Shown piece by piece: positions 61,286 to 64,000 of a stretch of 64,000 bases of DNA. Position 1 is the first letter of the stretch. Every line of letters starts with the position of its first letter. The stretch is taken from positions 1,888,001 through 1,952,000 of the forward strand of contig JASGJH010000001.1 of the NCBI GenBank assembly GCA_047601445.1. Direction: 5' to 3'. The translations under genes and the position numbers were made by a program. Below the pieces are notes generated by a model. It made no database searches. It was not told the DNA's origin and worked only from the letters and a program-made list of their open reading frames with translations. Source of the DNA: Myxococcales bacterium. GTDB taxonomy: Bacteria; Myxococcota_A; Polyangia; Polyangiales; DASUME01.

Positions 61286-61810
61286 TCACTTCTCGCGGTA
61301 GATGATGTGGAAGCCGTACTCGGTCTCGATCACGTCGCTGACGCTGCCGGGCTCAAGCTCGAAGGTGGCCTTGTCGAACGCGGGCACCATGCGGCCGCGC
61401 GGGAACGTGCCGAGACGTCCACCGTTGGACTTGCCGGAAGGATCCTCCGTGTACTGATTGGCCAGCTCGGCGAAATCGGCGCCAGGTGCCTTGGCCTTCT
61501 TGTCGATGGACTCGGCCAGATGCTTCGCGTCGTCCTTGCTGCGCGTGATGTCCGCCGGGGCGCGTGCGGAGCCGGCATAGCGAATGAGAATGTGCGCCGC
61601 AGTGGCGGTCTCCACGGCCGCAGGAGCGATTTCCTTGGCGGCGTGCGCGTCTCCGTCCTTCTTTTCGGCTGCTCGCGCGAGCGCGGCCGTCTTGGCGCGC
61701 ACCTGGGCCGGATCCGGCGCGCTGACCTGTTCCCCGGCGGTAAAAGCCTGACAGCCGAGGAGGCCGCCGGAACACGCCAGCAAAGCCAATAAAACTGCGG
61801 ATTTTCGCAT
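61286..61810 (-). CDS. Parvulin (PpiC-type) peptidyl-prolyl isomerase, lipoprotein
   Basis: LLGC lipobox; [46 protein letters not shown]; start at ATG 61810. Confidence 0.93.
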   Translation of the reverse strand: MRKSAVLLALLACSGGLLGCQAFTAGEQVSAPDPAQVRAKTAALARAAEKKDGDAHAAKEIAPAAVETATAAHILIRYAGSARAPADITRSKDDAKHLAESIDKKAKAPGADFAELANQYTEDPSGKSNGGRLGTFPRGRMVPAFDKATFELEPGSVSDVIETEYGFHIIYREK

Positions 61811-61849
61811 GGCCACGTGGATACCGCGTAGGGATCGCGGACGCAAGGG

Positions 61850-64000
61850 CTACACGGGGGATCCGAAGGCCCCGCCACCCGGGGTTTCCATGCACACGCG
61901 GTCCCCGGCCGAGAGGCTGAGCTCGGCCCGGCCGGGCACGTGCTGGCCATTGACCGAGTTGCGACCCGGGGCACCGGCCAGGCCCCCCTCGAGCCCGAAG
62001 GGGGCGCGCGTCCGGCGCTCGGACAAGAAGCTCACGCGCATGGGGGCGAGGAGCTCGAACTCGCGCACCACCCCGTCACCGCCGCGAAAGCGTCCCGCCC
62101 CGCCCGAGCCACGCCGCACCCCGAAACGCCACAGGCGCACGGGGAAGCGTCGCTCCAGGATCTCGGGGTCCGTGATGCGCGTGTTCGTCATGTGGGTGTG
62201 CACGGCCGAGGCGCCGTCTGCGTCGCGCGTGGCCCCTGCCCCACCCGCCACCGTCTCGTAGTAGCCGAAGCGCTCGGTCCCGAAGGTGAAGTTGTTCATG
62301 GTGCCCTGGCTGGCGGCCGCCGCCCCCAAGGCCGCGAGCAATACGTCCACCACCCGCTGCGAGGTCTCCACATTGCCCGCCACGACCGCACGGCCGGCGC
62401 TCGGCGCGAGCACGGACGGCGTGGGAAGGTTGAGCTCCACGTGGCGCAAGCATCCGCTGTTGAGCGGGATGGGTTTGCCCACCAAACAGCGCAGCACGTA
62501 CAGCAAGGCAGCCACGGTGACGGCACGGGGAGCATTCAAGTTACCTGCGTGTTCGGCGTCGGTGCCCTCGAAGTCCACCAGCATGCGACCTTCCGAGATG
62601 GCGATGCGCACCTGGATCTTGGTGCCGTCGTCGAGCGCGTCCGAGAAGCTCCGCGCGCCCGCGGGCAAGCTGCGGATCAGGGCGTCCACGGCCTCGGCGG
62701 CGTTGTCCTGGATGTGCTGCATATAGGCGTCGACCACCGCGGGACCAAAGCGCTGGTCGAGCTCTCCGAGCAGGCGCGCGCCTGTGTGGTTGGCGGCCAT
62801 CTGCGCTTCGAGGTCGGCCAGGTTCTCGGCGGGATTGCGGGCCGGATAGGGGCCGCTCATCAGCAGGGCGCGCACCTCCTCACGGGCGAACTGACCGTCG
62901 CGCACCACCCGCTCTGCGCTGAACACCACGCCTTCCTCGGAGAGGTTGCGCGAATGGGCGGGCATGCTGCCCGGCGTGATACCGCCGATGTCCGCGTGGT
63001 GCCCACGGCTGGCACACAGAAAACGCAGCGCACCTCGTGCGTCATGCACGGGCGAGACCACCGTCACGTCCGGCAAGTGGGAGCCTCCGCGCGCCGGGTC
63101 GTTGGTCACGAACACGTCGCCAGGAAGCAGCTCCGAGTGCGCTTCGAGCACCGCGCGCACGGACTCGGCCATCGCACCCAGGTGCACCGGAATGTGAGGG
63201 GCGTTGGCCACCAGACCGCCGTGCGCGTCGAAGATGGCGCACGAAAAGTCGAGGCGCTCGCGGATGTTGGTGGAGAGCGCCGTGCGGCGCAGCACGCTGC
63301 CCATCTGCTCGGCAACCGACATGAAGAGATGGTTGAACACTTCGAGCAACACCGGGTCGCGCTCGGTGTGTGCGCGCTGCTTGGGCGCGCCGGTGCGATC
63401 GGTGACCGCCAGTAGCTCGTCCGGTCGGCGGCAAGCCACGAAGCCTGGCTCCAGGGCGATGGTACCGGTGGCGTCGAGAATCAACGCCGGGCCTTCGATC
63501 TCGCGCTGCGCGGGCAGCTGCTCGCGCTCGTACACCGGGACGTCCTCGAGCCAGCGACCGGCGAGGAACATGCGGCCCAGGCGCGTGGGCTCGGCCGCTG
63601 CGGCGCTGTCGGGTGCGGCCGGCGTGGGCTCGGCGCGGGCGGGACGCGCGTGGGCCGAGAGACGCGCGGCCACGAGCTCGACGGGGTGCTGAAGACGCTG
63701 ATAACCAAAGGTGCGCCGGTGCGCCTCGTGGAACGCTCGTGTGAGCTCGGCCACGTCGGCCTCGGCCAACGTGATGGCGGTCTCGGTGCCGGCATACCTC
63801 AGGTCGAGCAAGCGCTCGCAGCGCACGTCGCTCGGGGCGGCGCCGCTCTCGAGCAGCGCGCTGATGCCGGCCTGTGACAGTGCGTCCAGCTGTTCACGTG
63901 CCGAACGCAAGCTCTGCTCCGAAAGCTCCGCCACACCCAGCCCGCGCTCCGCGTGCCAGCTGTCGTCGGCCACCCCCATGCCCCAGGCCGACAGCACACC
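61850..64000 (-). CDS. Fused hydantoinase A/B / 5-oxoprolinase (ATP-hydrolysing), 5' part outside the window
   Basis: [79 protein letters not shown]. Confidence 0.94.
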   Translation of the reverse strand, partial: GVLSAWGMGVADDSWHAERGLGVAELSEQSLRSAREQLDALSQAGISALLESGAAPSDVRCERLLDLRYAGTETAITLAEADVAELTRAFHEAHRRTFGYQRLQHPVELVAARLSAHARPARAEPTPAAPDSAAAAEPTRLGRMFLAGRWLEDVPVYEREQLPAQREIEGPALILDATGTIALEPGFVACRRPDELLAVTDRTGAPKQRAHTERDPVLLEVFNHLFMSVAEQMGSVLRRTALSTNIRERLDFSCAIFDAHGGLVANAPHIPVHLGAMAESVRAVLEAHSELLPGDVFVTNDPARGGSHLPDVTVVSPVHDARGALRFLCASRGHHADIGGITPGSMPAHSRNLSEEGVVFSAERVVRDGQFAREEVRALLMSGPYPARNPAENLADLEAQMAANHTGARLLGELDQRFGPAVVDAYMQHIQDNAAEAVDALIRSLPAGARSFSDALDDGTKIQVRIAISEGRMLVDFEGTDAEHAGNLNAPRAVTVAALLYVLRCLVGKPIPLNSGCLRHVELNLPTPSVLAPSAGRAVVAGNVETSQRVVDVLLAALGAAAASQGTMNNFTFGTERFGYYETVAGGAGATRDADGASAVHTHMTNTRITDPEILERRFPVRLWRFGVRRGSGGAGRFRGGDGVVREFELLAPMRVSFLSERRTRAPFGLEGGLAGAPGRNSVNGQHVPGRAELSLSAGDRVCMETPGGGAFGSPV

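Overview
High-GC bacterial chromosomal window, most likely Myxococcota (Polyangia-like). This rests on the DUF4215 cysteine-rich repeats, Asp/Gly-linker lipoproteins, a eukaryotic-type Ser/Thr kinase with a PEGA domain and a phi-like GST. Core genes (rpsA, cmk, aroA-like, hisC, mutS, scpAB, bcp, map, parAB, folD, lgt, lspA, parvulin, 5-oxoprolinase) are interleaved with accessory genes and about ten predicted lipoproteins. No rRNA, tRNA, CRISPR array or transposase was recognised. Main findings: (1) a sigma54-preceded exported lipoprotein with two lamin-tail domains, then a phospho-His domain and a C-terminal ATP-grasp, the domain order of plant glucan-water dikinases, near a GH6 cellulase lipoprotein and a DUF2723 glycosyltransferase; (2) an intact, translationally coupled AroA homologue that has lost essentially all substrate-binding and catalytic residues, with a lipoprotein in the usual tyrA position; (3) a PPDK derivative that keeps its ATP-grasp and phospho-His but lacks the PEP/pyruvate site, coupled to a ROK fructokinase behind scpAB; (4) a 160-bp TA-flanked MITE-like hairpin in the parA stop codon; (5) a five-copy ~27-bp repeat cluster upstream of rpsA; (6) two small ORFs not called separately in the track, two +1 frameshifts (MocR regulator, lspA) and a ferritin-like gene remnant. 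All calls come from motif reading by eye; no database searches were run.
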